Origin: a virus
DNA length: 64,000 nt
Reading direction: 5' to 3' (one strand)
Virus record (IMG/VR): IMGVR_UViG_2974496990_000001
Span: 47,606 to 111,605 of that record
In this document: positions 32,094 to 44,400 of the stretch, piece after piece
Layout of the letters: each line of letters begins with the position of its first letter
Position numbering within the stretch: position 1 is the first letter of the stretch
Translations under genes and position numbers: made by a program
Notes under the pieces: generated by a model
Database searches by the model: none
The model's input: only the letters and a program-made list of their open reading frames with translations
Told to the model about the DNA's origin: nothing

Positions 32094-32273
32094 TCACTTT
32101 GCGATATGGTGCATAACACCTGCAATGCCACCGACTACAGCACAAACTGCCAGAGAAACCATGTTCTCAGTAGTTGTCAGCAGACCGGTCATGAATCCAG
32201 CAAACATGCTGAAAGAGAAAGCGGTTACTGCTACTAAGGCTGCTACATTACGGATTGCTTCTGCACGTTTCAT
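32094..32273 (-). CDS. trna.4: Small membrane protein, Trna.4-like
   Basis: MKRAEAIRNVA...FSFSMF.GF..GLLTT.EN resembles T4 trna.4. Confidence 0.75.
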   Translation of the reverse strand: MKRAEAIRNVAALVAVTAFSFSMFAGFMTGLLTTTENMVSLAVCAVVGGIAGVMHHIAK

Positions 32274-32308
32274 TTTATTCTCCAAGTGTTTTTCGTTTTG
32301 ATGTGTCT

Positions 32309-32337
32309 ATAGTATCACGTTCCCTGGAGAAGTAAAC
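32309..32337 (-). promoter_or_regulatory. Early promoter
   Basis: GTTTAC...TACTAT. Confidence 0.8.
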
Positions 32338-32355
32338 ACCTTTCTTTAGATGCCC

Positions 32356-32377
32356 AAAAGGAGCCCGAAGGCTCCTT
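32356..32377 (-). terminator. Rho-independent terminator
   Basis: AAGGAGCC-TTCG-GGCTCCTTTT. Confidence 0.85.
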
Positions 32378-32378
32378 A

Positions 32379-32698
32379 TCATTTGAATGCAGCTTTGAGT
32401 TCTTTAAAGGCTTTAGCAGATAAAATGTACTGCTCATCGCCAATCTTGAAGTAAGCCATGTTGCCTTCAATAGCAACACCTACTTCTTTAGTTCCCATTT
32501 TACCTTTCCACTTACCACCACCCTGAAGAACCTTCAGTACGGCATCTTTGGAATATTTGCTTGTCTGGAAACGTTCGGCACCAATCTGGAAGTAAACACC
32601 ATCATCGTTCTTCATCAGCCCGAAATGGGTATCACCTGATTTGTCAGAGATTACGCCAGGTGCATAACTCTCGGTTAAAAATTCATCGTATGTTTTCA

Positions 32699-32699
<1 letters not shown>
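32379..32699 (-). CDS. Internal head protein (CTS), ipI locus
   Basis: MKTYDEFLTE. Confidence 0.8.
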
Positions 32700-33667
<968 letters not shown>

Positions 33668-33668
<1 letters not shown>

Positions 33669-34372
33669 TATAATACCTTTTTAAGTTTTTCAAATAATTC
33701 TTCAACAGTACCATTATTTTCGATAACGATATCAGTTGGGCCAATTGGAAGTCCAGCTTCCGTAATATGTAAATCTTCTGAATCGACAGCATCAGGACGA
33801 ACCACATGAATAATAGTGGCACCCATCGCTCTGAGTGTTTCGATTTCGTGAACTTGTCTTACATCTGGTACAACGAAGTAATCATAGTCAGAATACATAT
33901 TATCAAAATACGTATCTGCAAATAACTTCATCCAAAACATGCGATCGAGCTCATCAACAACAATATCAGTCCCAAGGGTCTGCATGAAACGTCGAATGGT
34001 CCATGGCTCTCTGTTATTTAGTGTAAGTTTTTCAACAACATCTTGAACTTTATACCCACCATCGGTGCCGAACGTGTCAAGTCGATATTGGCGAGATAAA
34101 ATCATTAATGATTCGTTGAACAAATCTGCGGCGTCACGGTTATTCATTGCAAATGGACGTTCACGGTCCCATTCACCATTACCTTCCCAATCATCAAAAT
34201 TCAAATTAGGTTGTGATTGTGTATTACCGAAACGAATATTATATGCACGATGCAAAGTTTCTTTAATAGGCTGTGCAAGTTGATACTTCATTGAATTCAA
34301 TTCGTTGGCAACAAAATTAGCGCAGGTATCTTTACCACTGCGCTTTTTGCCTACAATACAAACAAGTTTCAT
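33668..34372 (-). CDS. 1: dNMP kinase gp1
   Basis: GKKRSGKDT, MQTLGTD, VPDVRQ.HE. Confidence 0.93.
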
Positions 34373-34374
34373 AG

Positions 34375-34962
34375 TTATCTCATTGAAGGATGCATAGACA
34401 TACGGCTCTCAACTTTACCTTGAGCGGCAGAGTCAATCTGTGGCCGACCTTGTACTATTATACCATCTATCTCTACCGCAAAAGACTTATAGCCGAACGA
34501 GACTGTACAAGGGACGGCCGGGTCCGAATCTTCACGATAGTTGAATTCAACTTCTGACATGTTTGTAGGGAATGCGCCATAATAATGTATAGAGACAACG
34601 ATTTTTGTTTTGGTGTTATCCAGGATATGGATGGTCACCGCTTCTGGACGTCCCTTTGGATGCCAGGCTTTGCTCTCGTGTGTCACGTAGTTGTTTATTG
34701 ATAACATCCATTTATAGATTTCGAGCCAACCATTGAGCTCTCTGTCCACCAGGAATGTTACTATCATTGGGTCAAATTCTATCGTACTTGCCGGAGTCAT
34801 CCCTCGAGAAATACCTTGCGTGCCGCCAGGGTTATCACTAATTGGAATAGTAATCCCAGGAAGATTGACCGATTGACAGTTCAACTTGAATGTTTCTGTG
34901 AGGCCTGCATCAGAAACCTCTAATATAAAGTTAGTTACGTTTGTCTGGTTGTAAAGACTCAT
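34375..34962 (-). CDS. 3: Tail tube terminator gp3
   Basis: NQTNVTNF...IEFDP...LD..LNGWLEIYKWM; start moved to MSLYNQ. Confidence 0.9.
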   Translation of the reverse strand: MSLYNQTNVTNFILEVSDAGLTETFKLNCQSVNLPGITIPISDNPGGTQGISRGMTPASTIEFDPMIVTFLVDRELNGWLEIYKWMLSINNYVTHESKAWHPKGRPEAVTIHILDNTKTKIVVSIHYYGAFPTNMSEVEFNYREDSDPAVPCTVSFGYKSFAVEIDGIIVQGRPQIDSAAQGKVESRMSMHPSMR

Positions 34963-35044
34963 GGTCCACCTTATTCGCTTAAATCCCGGCCAGTGTATAA
35001 TGGTGTTAGGTCTGTTCCATTCAATAACTGGCCGGGTTAATAGA

Positions 35045-35878
35045 TTATTTCTTAGAGTTAGCCCATACTTTCTGAGCACTGAAACGCTTACCTTTAGACA
35101 TGAATTGCTGCAATGGCATCATGACAACGTTAGCCCAATCTTGAGGTTTGATTTCAATCAAGGTCCCCTTGATATTAGCCGGGATATACGCTTTTATCAT
35201 TTGGTCAGCACCTTGGAATCCTTTCACTTTACTCCAATCAATTTTTAATTTAGTGCTGTTAGTAATTGTTGGTGTGCTTGCATATTGCTTCAAAAGTTCT
35301 TCAAGAAATTGTTGACGAGCTTTAGGTGGAATATAGTGCAAGTTCAACCCATACATTAAATTATGCTTACCTAAACCAAGATAAATGATAAGTGGATATT
35401 TGTCCCAATATGGTAAAGTTTCTTTATGTTTAGCATCATAGATATATGCATAAAGTTTACCTGGTGATGGTTTGGCTACTTTATGACCTCTTACACCTTG
35501 TTTGATGCTATCAGTGAACCATTTTGCTGATTTATTGTTAACAGCTGCACCTTCGTTAGCAATCTTATCTCTGATGCTTTTACGAAAGCTGTTAATCATT
35601 ATCAATTGGCGTTCTGCTTTAGTTAATTTATGCCCTGGTTTCTTTTCAAGTTTACTTACTTGAACAGCAGTCTTTATTCTTGACTGGTAACGAGACATAG
35701 CCTTAGTAAATGAAGCATAGTTTAACCCTCGCTCATCGGCAAAAGCTTTACCTGTCATGCCTTTGGCTTTCGCGTTAGCGAATTCAACGCCTATAGCAAT
35801 CCATTGTTGTTCATTTTTTGTAGGTCGAGCACCGGATGATTTAGATTCGGCCTCTGTGATGAATTGAAATATACTCAT
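35045..35878 (-). CDS. 2: DNA end protector gp2
   Basis: [18 protein letters not shown]...GLNLHYIPP. Confidence 0.93.
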   Translation of the reverse strand: MSIFQFITEAESKSSGARPTKNEQQWIAIGVEFANAKAKGMTGKAFADERGLNYASFTKAMSRYQSRIKTAVQVSKLEKKPGHKLTKAERQLIMINSFRKSIRDKIANEGAAVNNKSAKWFTDSIKQGVRGHKVAKPSPGKLYAYIYDAKHKETLPYWDKYPLIIYLGLGKHNLMYGLNLHYIPPKARQQFLEELLKQYASTPTITNSTKLKIDWSKVKGFQGADQMIKAYIPANIKGTLIEIKPQDWANVVMMPLQQFMSKGKRFSAQKVWANSKK

Positions 35879-36324
35879 CCTTTCCACCCTAGTTTCTTCA
35901 AACTGTTTTCGGTGATTAATCGGAAATGAATACCCATCTTATCAGCAGTCTTCTGAGCTGCGGTCCATTTATCTTTATTCACAGACCATGTGTAGTATTC
36001 ATTCATAAATCGTTTTTTAGAAGCTGCCGTCATATTGGCAGGTTGTTTTGGTGGCTGAGTTTCTTTGGCAGGCTTAACTTCAAAGAAGAATTGTTTGCCA
36101 TCATCGAACTTAGCCCAGAAATCCATAAAGTACCGACGTTTCTTTCCATCAGCATTGCTAAAGTAAGGAATAACTACTTCTTCAGAGTTCCATTGAACTA
36201 CGTTCTTATGGTTGTCTAACCACCTCATAAAATACTGCTCCCAAGAAGAACGATAAGTGATTTTCTTCCAGTCGCCTTTATATTTTTCTTTATTGACAGG
36301 CACAAATTTGCCGGAGTAAGCCAT
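35875..36324 (-). CDS. 4: Head completion protein gp4
   Basis: YRSSWE...[10 protein letters not shown]...RRYFMDF...EVKP. Confidence 0.93.
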   Translation of the reverse strand: MAYSGKFVPVNKEKYKGDWKKITYRSSWEQYFMRWLDNHKNVVQWNSEEVVIPYFSNADGKKRRYFMDFWAKFDDGKQFFFEVKPAKETQPPKQPANMTAASKKRFMNEYYTWSVNKDKWTAAQKTADKMGIHFRLITENSLKKLGWKG

Positions 36325-36336
36325 CTTACGCCTCCT

Positions 36337-36362
36337 TATAAATATTCATATACTTATTTATA
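36337..36362. promoter_or_regulatory. Divergent late promoters for genes 53 and 4
   Basis: TATAAATA on + at 36337-36344 and on - at 36355-36362. Confidence 0.85.
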
Positions 36363-36374
36363 AATGGAGGCTTT

Positions 36375-36977
36375 ATGCTATTCAGTTTTTTCGACCCAAT
36401 TGATTATGAAGCCAAGACTATAGTTAAGAACTCGCCTTCATTACCAAAGTCTTTAGCTAATCCTACACCGATGACGGACATATTCCGTAACTATCGATCT
36501 TATTTTGATAAAGTGGCCAAACGTTATACACTAAAAACTTATTACATAACTGGAGCGCCACGCCCAGAAGAACTTTCATATCAGCTCTATGGAAACACCC
36601 AGTTGTATTGGGTTCTCTTGATGTGCAACAACGTCTATGACCCTTATTGGGGTTGGATTACCAATCAAGAAGCTGCATATCAAGGAGCAATGCAAAAATA
36701 CGCCGATGTCGGTGGTAATAAGACAATCTACCATGTTAATGAAAAAGGCGAGAAATTCTGGAACTTGATTTCATATCCAGAAGCACCGACAACCTGGTAT
36801 GATAAAGGGGACCGTTTAAAACGTTATCCACAATATCAAGGCGCATTGGCTGCTGTAGATACTTATGAAGATGCAATCAAACGAAATGAATATAAGCGTG
36901 AAATAAAAATTATAGACCCATATGATATTGAATCATTTATTTCAACCTTAGTTCGTGAAATGGAAAAAGCCGTATGA
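36375..36977 (+). CDS. 53: Baseplate wedge gp53
   Basis: MLFSFFDPIDY; PRPEELSYQLYGN.QLYWVLL. Confidence 0.92.
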   Translation: MLFSFFDPIDYEAKTIVKNSPSLPKSLANPTPMTDIFRNYRSYFDKVAKRYTLKTYYITGAPRPEELSYQLYGNTQLYWVLLMCNNVYDPYWGWITNQEAAYQGAMQKYADVGGNKTIYHVNEKGEKFWNLISYPEAPTTWYDKGDRLKRYPQYQGALAAVDTYEDAIKRNEYKREIKIIDPYDIESFISTLVREMEKAV

Positions 36978-38716
36978 TTAATGTAAGCGATTCTGTAAGT
37001 TGGTTCGTCGGTGTTGTAGAAGATCGAATGGACCCAATGGAACAAGGTCGTGTACGCGTACGTGTGTGGGGTCTTCATCCTTATGAGAAAACTCAAGGCC
37101 CTGTAAAAGGGATAAAAACTGAAGACCTTCCATGGATGTCCGTATTACAACCTACAAGTTCAGCATCTGTTTCTGGTGTTCAACAGGCAATTACCGGTAT
37201 GGTTCCGGGTACGCATGTGTATGGTCATTTTTTAGATAAGTGGAAATTGAATGGCCTTGTAATAGGAACATACACAAGTAACAGTAATGTAAAACCAAAT
37301 AAAAATGAAGGTTTTTCTGACCCGACAGGTCAATATCCTCTTTATGTTGGTTCTGATACAAACCCATTAATTCGTGGTGGTGCTACCGGCGATGGTTCTA
37401 CTACCAACATAATTCAAGATTCAAATCTTGATGTCGGTATTAACCCAGACGACACCGACCTAGCTGATATCCCAGAGGATAATAATCCTCGTTATGATAT
37501 CGAAGCAATGCTTCATCGTGATGAAGGCCTCAGATTAAAAGTATATTGGGACACCGAAGGATATCCTACTGTAGGTATTGGCCACCTTATTATGGCTCAA
37601 CGTGTTCGTGATATGGACCAGATTAATAAGGTTCTGAGTCAGCAAGTCGGACGTGAAGTAACCGGTAACCCTGGTGCTATTTCAATGGATGAAGCTTCTA
37701 AATTATTCGATGAAGATTTAGCAGACATGCAACGTGATATAAAGGCCAATGCTGTTGTTGCGCCTGTATACAACAAAATGAATAAATCTCGTCAAATGGC
37801 TTTAGAAAATATGAGTTTCCAGATGGGTGTTGGCGGACTTGCTAAATTCACTGGTATGCTTTCTGCTATGTTTATTGGTGACTGGAAAACAGCATATAAC
37901 GAGGCTCGTGATTCACGTTGGTATAACCAAACTAAAGGTCGCGCATCCAGGGTATCAATGATTATCCTTACTGGTAATATGGAATCTTATGGCATTCCGG
38001 TTAACCCAGACCAAGGTAATGGTCGTATGGCACGTGCTATGTTAATGGCTGCTCCGGCCGCAGCAGGCGATGACCCGAGTGACCCATGGACTCCAGAAGA
38101 TTCAAGAATTCTTTTTAGGGAACCCGAAAGCAGTTATCAAGGCGCTTATCCTTATGTTCAAACAATGGCTACTGAAGGCGGGCATATAGAAGAATTTGAT
38201 AATACGCCTGGTCAGGAACGTTATCGTTTGGTGCACCCAACAGGAAGCTATGAAGAAGTGGCGCCTGACGGTCGCAGGACGATTAAAACTGTTGCGGACG
38301 ATTATTATATGGTTCAAGGCGATAGTTCCCTGATGGCGTCTGGTGATCGCAAGGTTAACGTCGGTGGTGATGAAGTTTATTATAATATGGGCTCACGCCG
38401 TAGACAAACCGATGGTTCCGAATCAATCTTTATACGAGGCGATGAAACGAAAACTATTGAAGGCAACGGTACATTATACGTTAAAGGTAATGTGACTATT
38501 GTTGTTGATGGGAATGCTGATATAACTGTTAAAGGCGATGCAACGACATTAGTCGAAGGCAACCAGACTAATACCGTAAATGGTAATTTGTCTTGGAAAG
38601 TAGCCGGTACAGTTGACTGGGATGTAGGCGGTAATTGGACAGAGAAAATGGCTGCCATGACTTCTACAGCATCCGGACAGTATACCATCGATGGTTCTCG
38701 TATCGATATTGGCTAA
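36974..38716 (+). CDS. 5: Baseplate hub and tail lysozyme gp5
   Basis: OB-fold VEDRMDP..GRVRVR, lysozyme domain RDEG..VYWDTEGYPTVGIG, VxGxxxxx beta-helix repeats. Confidence 0.96.
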   Translation: MINVSDSVSWFVGVVEDRMDPMEQGRVRVRVWGLHPYEKTQGPVKGIKTEDLPWMSVLQPTSSASVSGVQQAITGMVPGTHVYGHFLDKWKLNGLVIGTYTSNSNVKPNKNEGFSDPTGQYPLYVGSDTNPLIRGGATGDGSTTNIIQDSNLDVGINPDDTDLADIPEDNNPRYDIEAMLHRDEGLRLKVYWDTEGYPTVGIGHLIMAQRVRDMDQINKVLSQQVGREVTGNPGAISMDEASKLFDEDLADMQRDIKANAVVAPVYNKMNKSRQMALENMSFQMGVGGLAKFTGMLSAMFIGDWKTAYNEARDSRWYNQTKGRASRVSMIILTGNMESYGIPVNPDQGNGRMARAMLMAAPAAAGDDPSDPWTPEDSRILFREPESSYQGAYPYVQTMATEGGHIEEFDNTPGQERYRLVHPTGSYEEVAPDGRRTIKTVADDYYMVQGDSSLMASGDRKVNVGGDEVYYNMGSRRRQTDGSESIFIRGDETKTIEGNGTLYVKGNVTIVVDGNADITVKGDATTLVEGNQTNTVNGNLSWKVAGTVDWDVGGNWTEKMAAMTSTASGQYTIDGSRIDIG

Positions 38717-39225
38717 TGGCACAAATAACACCTATTAACACCACCCTCGAAGAAAAAGTAGAGGGTGAGTCTGAAGATATTACTTTCGGATATATTTTAT
38801 TAGCCGATGAGACATTCAAGTCAATAAATATAATTGATTATCAGCCTACACCAGGCATGAATGTTTCTGGGGCCAGGCTTTATGGTACATATCAAAGTGT
38901 GTTCTCATTTTCCGGTGATGCTTTAAAGTATCGTCAAGGCGATGAAATAAAATCGGCTTCAGCTTGGGAACAACTCCCTCCTCCATCTGAAGCCGATTTG
39001 TTTTTATGGAAAGCTCCTGCATCGCTAGAGAGGACATTTACTTATACGGTTGAGTTAATCTATATGTGGCAGCCTCCTGAGGTCCCTCCCGCCACAGAGG
39101 GTGGTTCTGCGGTTGTTCCAGAACCAGTCGAAAAGAAAATTCAACAGGTTTATTCCCAACGAGTAGTTGGTAATTGGAGTAAATGGGCTACTCAATTAAG
39201 AAATTACGTTTATGCGGGTACATAA
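38716..39225 (+). CDS. 5.1: gp5.1
   Basis: Start at the TAATG overlap; V.GNWSKW C-terminus; synteny. Confidence 0.8.
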   Translation: MAQITPINTTLEEKVEGESEDITFGYILLADETFKSINIIDYQPTPGMNVSGARLYGTYQSVFSFSGDALKYRQGDEIKSASAWEQLPPPSEADLFLWKAPASLERTFTYTVELIYMWQPPEVPPATEGGSAVVPEPVEKKIQQVYSQRVVGNWSKWATQLRNYVYAGT

Positions 39226-39518
39226 TGGCCGGATTAAGTTTTGATAAATGCGTTACGGCTGGACATAGTTCATATCCACCTACTCAAATTAACGCAACCC
39301 AAGGTAAAGTATTCACAGGTGGAATTGCCGTATTAGTTGATGGCGATCAGATTACACCTCATACAAAAACATCAAAGCCATATGATACACATGGCGGTTC
39401 AGTCCAACCAAGAACAAGCAAAGTATACGTGACTGGAAAGAAAGCCGTTCAAATGGCAGACCCTATTTCATGTGGAGATACGGTTGCTCAATCTTCTTCT
39501 AAAGTCTTTATTCACTAG
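39225..39518 (+). CDS. 5.4: PAAR spike tip gp5.4
   Basis: 97 aa; [16 protein letters not shown]. Confidence 0.9.
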   Translation: MAGLSFDKCVTAGHSSYPPTQINATQGKVFTGGIAVLVDGDQITPHTKTSKPYDTHGGSVQPRTSKVYVTGKKAVQMADPISCGDTVAQSSSKVFIH

Positions 39519-39526
39519 GAATTAAA

Positions 39527-41479
39527 ATGGCAGACCAACCTACTAATTTTCAGTTGACCAGGACGGTTAACGCAATCCCACAGGTATTCGTGGGAGCAAC
39601 ATTTGATGAAATTAAAAAGAACATTATCGATTGGCTGTCTAGTCAAAAAGAATTCCAGGATTATGACTTTACTGGCTCTCGTATGAACGTTCTCATCGAT
39701 ATGTTGGCATACAACACCCTGTATATCCAGCAGTTCGCTAACACTGCGGTATACGAATCATTTATTGGTACTGCGAACAGACGTTCTAGCGTCGTCCAGG
39801 CTGCACAGGATAAAGGGTATCTTCCTTCATCTATGTCTGCGGCTAAAACCAGTATTTTACTGACATGTTCTTCTGCTAACCCAGACCCAAGTATCAAGAT
39901 TCCTCGTGGAACCAAATTCTTGGCTTATGCACGTGATTCTTCTGTTGACCCATTTGCATTTGTTACTACAGAAGACGTAATCGCAATTCGTGATAAAAAC
40001 GGTAAATATCTTCCTATTGTCAATATGGCACAAGGACGTATTATCCGTACTGAATTGCTTTATGACCCAGACCAGCCTATTTTGATTCGCGACCCTAACA
40101 TCGACCGTAAAGAAGTTCGTTTATTTGTTAACGGCGCTCGTTGGGAAGATTGGACTAATAAATCAATGGTTCATGCCGGTTCGACTTCAACTATTTTCTA
40201 TATGCGCGAAACCGTAGATGGAAATACCGAATTCTTCTTCGGCGAAGGTGAACAGTCTCCCTCTGTCGCTGGTGGTGTATTAGAAGCCAACTATATTGGT
40301 GGTCTGAAACCTGTTAAAGAATCTACTATCGTTATCGAATATCTTCGTACAGATGGTGAGAAAGCTAATGGCGCAGTCGATTTTAGCTATGCGGATACAT
40401 TAACGAATATCACAATCGATAGTATCACTGAGAACCCAACCGATAGCCCTGATTATGTTGGTGCAGACGGTGGTGGTGACCCTGAAGATATTGAACGTAT
40501 TCGTGAACTGGCTGTAGTTAAACGTGAAGCACAGATGCGTTGTGTGACTGGTACGGACTATGATACATTCGTTTCTGAACGATTCGGTTCTATTGTCCAA
40601 GCTGTCCAGACATTTACCGATGTTCAAAAACCAGGTTATGCATTTATTGCTATCAAGCCTAAGTCTGGCTTATATCTCACGGCTGTTCAACGTGAAGATG
40701 TCCAAAACTATCTGAATGGCTTTAACGTTTCGACGATTACGCCAAGTGTAATCAGTCCTAACTACATGTTCTTGAAACATGATATTAAAGTGACTTATTC
40801 GCTTAATAAACTCCAAGAATCTGAACAGTGGCTCCGTGCTCAAGTAATTGACCAAATGGACCGCTATTACATTGATGAAGTTGAAATCTTTAACGCAGGT
40901 TTTGCTAAGTCTAAAATGTTGACTTATATTGATAATAGTGACCACTCAGTGCTTGGTTCTTCAGCGTCTATTATTATGGTTCGTGAAATTCTGAATTTTA
41001 TGAAAACACCTGAAGCAGGCATTAAATACTATAATCAATATACTAACCGTTCAGTGGAATCTAGTGTCTTTGAGTTTACGCCTACATCCGGTACTAACTA
41101 CAACGTTCGTATTGTAGCAACTGACCGAGATTCAAAAGGCGATGGTAAAATGGTTATAGGTCCTTTCCGTAATGGCGATGTCGTAGAAAATGCGAATGTT
41201 CAACCTTACACCGGAACAGACTTCAATAAAATGCCTGGCGCTCCAGCCGATCAAACCAAATATTATGTTATTGGTGAGATTGATTATTGGTCAGATTACA
41301 TTTATTGGGACATAAGCAAACTCGGATTAACCTCGGCCCAGTTTGAAGTCCAGAGCATTGAGCTTTATGCAGGCCCTACACAAGACAACATTTTTACCAA
41401 AGACGGTTCACTGATTGTATTTGAGAACGATCTTCGTCCTCAATACACTACCATTACTATGGAGCCTATTACTCAATGA
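39527..41479 (+). CDS. 6: Baseplate wedge gp6
   Basis: DYDFTGSRMNVL.D.LAYNT; 650 aa. Confidence 0.95.
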   Translation: MADQPTNFQLTRTVNAIPQVFVGATFDEIKKNIIDWLSSQKEFQDYDFTGSRMNVLIDMLAYNTLYIQQFANTAVYESFIGTANRRSSVVQAAQDKGYLPSSMSAAKTSILLTCSSANPDPSIKIPRGTKFLAYARDSSVDPFAFVTTEDVIAIRDKNGKYLPIVNMAQGRIIRTELLYDPDQPILIRDPNIDRKEVRLFVNGARWEDWTNKSMVHAGSTSTIFYMRETVDGNTEFFFGEGEQSPSVAGGVLEANYIGGLKPVKESTIVIEYLRTDGEKANGAVDFSYADTLTNITIDSITENPTDSPDYVGADGGGDPEDIERIRELAVVKREAQMRCVTGTDYDTFVSERFGSIVQAVQTFTDVQKPGYAFIAIKPKSGLYLTAVQREDVQNYLNGFNVSTITPSVISPNYMFLKHDIKVTYSLNKLQESEQWLRAQVIDQMDRYYIDEVEIFNAGFAKSKMLTYIDNSDHSVLGSSASIIMVREILNFMKTPEAGIKYYNQYTNRSVESSVFEFTPTSGTNYNVRIVATDRDSKGDGKMVIGPFRNGDVVENANVQPYTGTDFNKMPGAPADQTKYYVIGEIDYWSDYIYWDISKLGLTSAQFEVQSIELYAGPTQDNIFTKDGSLIVFENDLRPQYTTITMEPITQ

Positions 41480-44400
41480 CTGTAAAAGCACCTTCCGTTA
41501 CCAGTTTACGTATCGATAAACTGTCTGCTAACCAGGTACACATTCGTTGGGATAACGTGGGTGCAAACTTCTACTATTTTGTAGAAATAACCTCAACTCG
41601 TAATGATGCGGGTCCTTTGGACCCGTCGAAATACAATTGGCGTGCACTCGGTTATACCCCGGATAATGACTGGTTTGAAGATGATACTTTATCTCCTTTA
41701 AATTACTACAAAATGCGGGTATCCGTAGCCGCCAAAGGGTTCGAACAGTCTGATTGGGAAACCACTGAAGAATTCCAAACATTCGCAACTAATGCATATA
41801 CGTTTACTCATATGCGCGAGTTCAACCTTGTCACTAAATTTATCCAAGAGAAGTTCGTTCTTAATAATGGATATATTGATTTCAACAAAGACCAGATTAT
41901 TGCATCTTTGATGTCTGAAGATTTCCAATTCAGCCCTTCTTATGTCGATATCAGTTCAATTAAAAACTTTGTTCTGCAAGAAGATGAATTCCATGAAATT
42001 CAAGGTCCTATCCAAAAAGTTTGTTCTGATGATTTAGAACGTATTATGTTAGCCGAGCTCGGTGGCGTTCTTTATGAATTCGAACGTTTCCAACCTATGG
42101 TTAAAGTTTCTAATGACAAAGGCCAGAACTGGAAATATGTTAAACTCTTGACAGACCGTGCTGGGAATCCTGTTTCTAAAGTCCCTTATTATCAGACAAT
42201 CACAACTACTTATTTGCTCGGCTATGACCGCGTATTTTATGGTCGTAAATCAAACGACGTTCGTTGGTCATCTGATACGGTTAAAATGTCTTCACAAGAC
42301 GTAACGTTTGCTAAAATTGGTGACCAACTTAAATTAGGTTTTGATGTTGAGATATTTGGTACTTATGCTCGTCTTCCATTGGCGGTGTCAACTATTGCCG
42401 AAGCAATGACTGTAAGTGATGATTTCATTTATGTTGCTGGGCGTGGTAAAGTCTATAAAGCTAAAGTAACCAATGCTCCTATCGATTTGGACCCAGGTTC
42501 TCCTAGTTTTGGTGAGAAATTATTTGAGACCGGCTTCAGTACAATTGTCGATAATACAAAAGCTGTTTGCTTTAAAATGGATTCGGTCCAAGGCAATACT
42601 TATGCTCTGATTACTGGTGAAGTTAAAGAAGAAGGACAGGACCCGACTATTCCTAGTAATGTCATTAGTTCAGAATCTAAGGGCGTTTATCTTTTAGACC
42701 CAGAAACAGATGTATGGACTCGTGTATTTGGTAACACTGAAGAAGAACGTCGTCGAATTGAACATGGCTGGACTTCAATGGGCGCCAACGGCGATGAAGT
42801 TTATTTCAGTAGCAGCAACTTTGCATACCAAGTAGAAAATGACCCAGAAGTAGTTCAGAAATATCCTGACCAGGTCAATGAAGGTGTTAAATTCGTTTAC
42901 GAACCTCAGTACATCCATGACAAACATTATCTGATGATGAGCTTCAGAACTAGCGCTGAAAATGGTTGGACCGAATTTAAACCAGGTCGAATGGATTATT
43001 ATGCAGAGCCGTTTTTTGCTTGGTCACGTCGTGATAAGACTCGTTGTTGGATTACTAATTCGCGTCGTTGCATGGTAGTCTATGAAGACATGCTTTATCA
43101 GAAAGTTGTTGACGAATTTGGTTCTGGTTCTCCGGACCGTATTATTCATGAGACTTGGGACAAAGGCCATGTAACTGTTACCTGTCCTAATATAGAGTTT
43201 CAAGGATTTAAACGTTATGCTTCTGGTATTATGCTTCATAAAAATACTGGTGAGCTCATCGGTTATTTCGAGTTCGATTATCGAGTTCGTGATGAAGTCC
43301 GTTTAATCTGGAAACCAAAAGAAATCATGTTCACTGCAGACCTTCAAGGCCAAGAACGTGAAATTCCTTGGACTCCAGAAGTTACTAATAAAGAACGTGA
43401 CCCAGACCTTCGTCCTTTACTGAACAAGATGATGCCAGACAGTTATTTGCTCCAAGACACCAACTTTGAGAAGTTCTGCGAGTATTATCTGCAATTCTTA
43501 AGTGATGGTTCCGGAACATATTATAATAACCTTCTGAATCTGATTCGAGACCAATATCCTCGTGAAGAAGATGCATGGAACTATTTGTGGTCTGAGATTT
43601 ACAAACGTAATATCTATTTGAGCAAAGACAAACGTGATGAAGTGGTTCGTTTCTTTGAAGCCCGTCAATCTGATTTCTGGATGACTAAAGGCACCGAAGC
43701 AAGCTATAAATTCTTGTTTAAATTGCTTTATAACGAAGATGTTGAAATCGACATCGAATCTAAGAACACAACTGAATATGATATTCTTGTTGAATCTGAC
43801 AATATTAACGAAGACATCGTAGGTCAAACAATATACACCAAAACAGGTCGTAGTAATGTGACTTATCTTGAACGTTATTATAATGAAGGTAAACTTCAGT
43901 GGCGTGTCACGATTCATAACCTTTTAGGTAATTTTAATGCTGGTCAGGAAATTCTTTCTGAACGTACCGCATTTAAAGGAATGATTATTCGAGGCGTACG
44001 TGGTAAAGAGCTGTTAAGTAATACGATTGAATACATCAACCGTAACCGTTCTTATTATGTGATGACAATTAAATCTAATCTGCCAACCTCTCGTTATCGT
44101 GGCGACGTATTACGTTTTGTTCACCCGGTTGGTTTTGGATTCATAGGTATCACACTTTTGACTATGTTCATTAATGCTGGCTTAACATTAAAACATGTTG
44201 AGACGATTTTGAATATATACAAAAACTATCGTTGGGACGCAGGACTTCCTTCAGTTTATCCAGACCGAGTCGCAGTAATGGATTCTAATGGTGATGTTGA
44301 AAGAGACCCTGTGACAGGTGAAGTTCGTTATGATACACCTCCTAATGCAGGACTTCCGTTCCCTATTCGTCCTGATTATATAGATGAGAATAATAACAGT

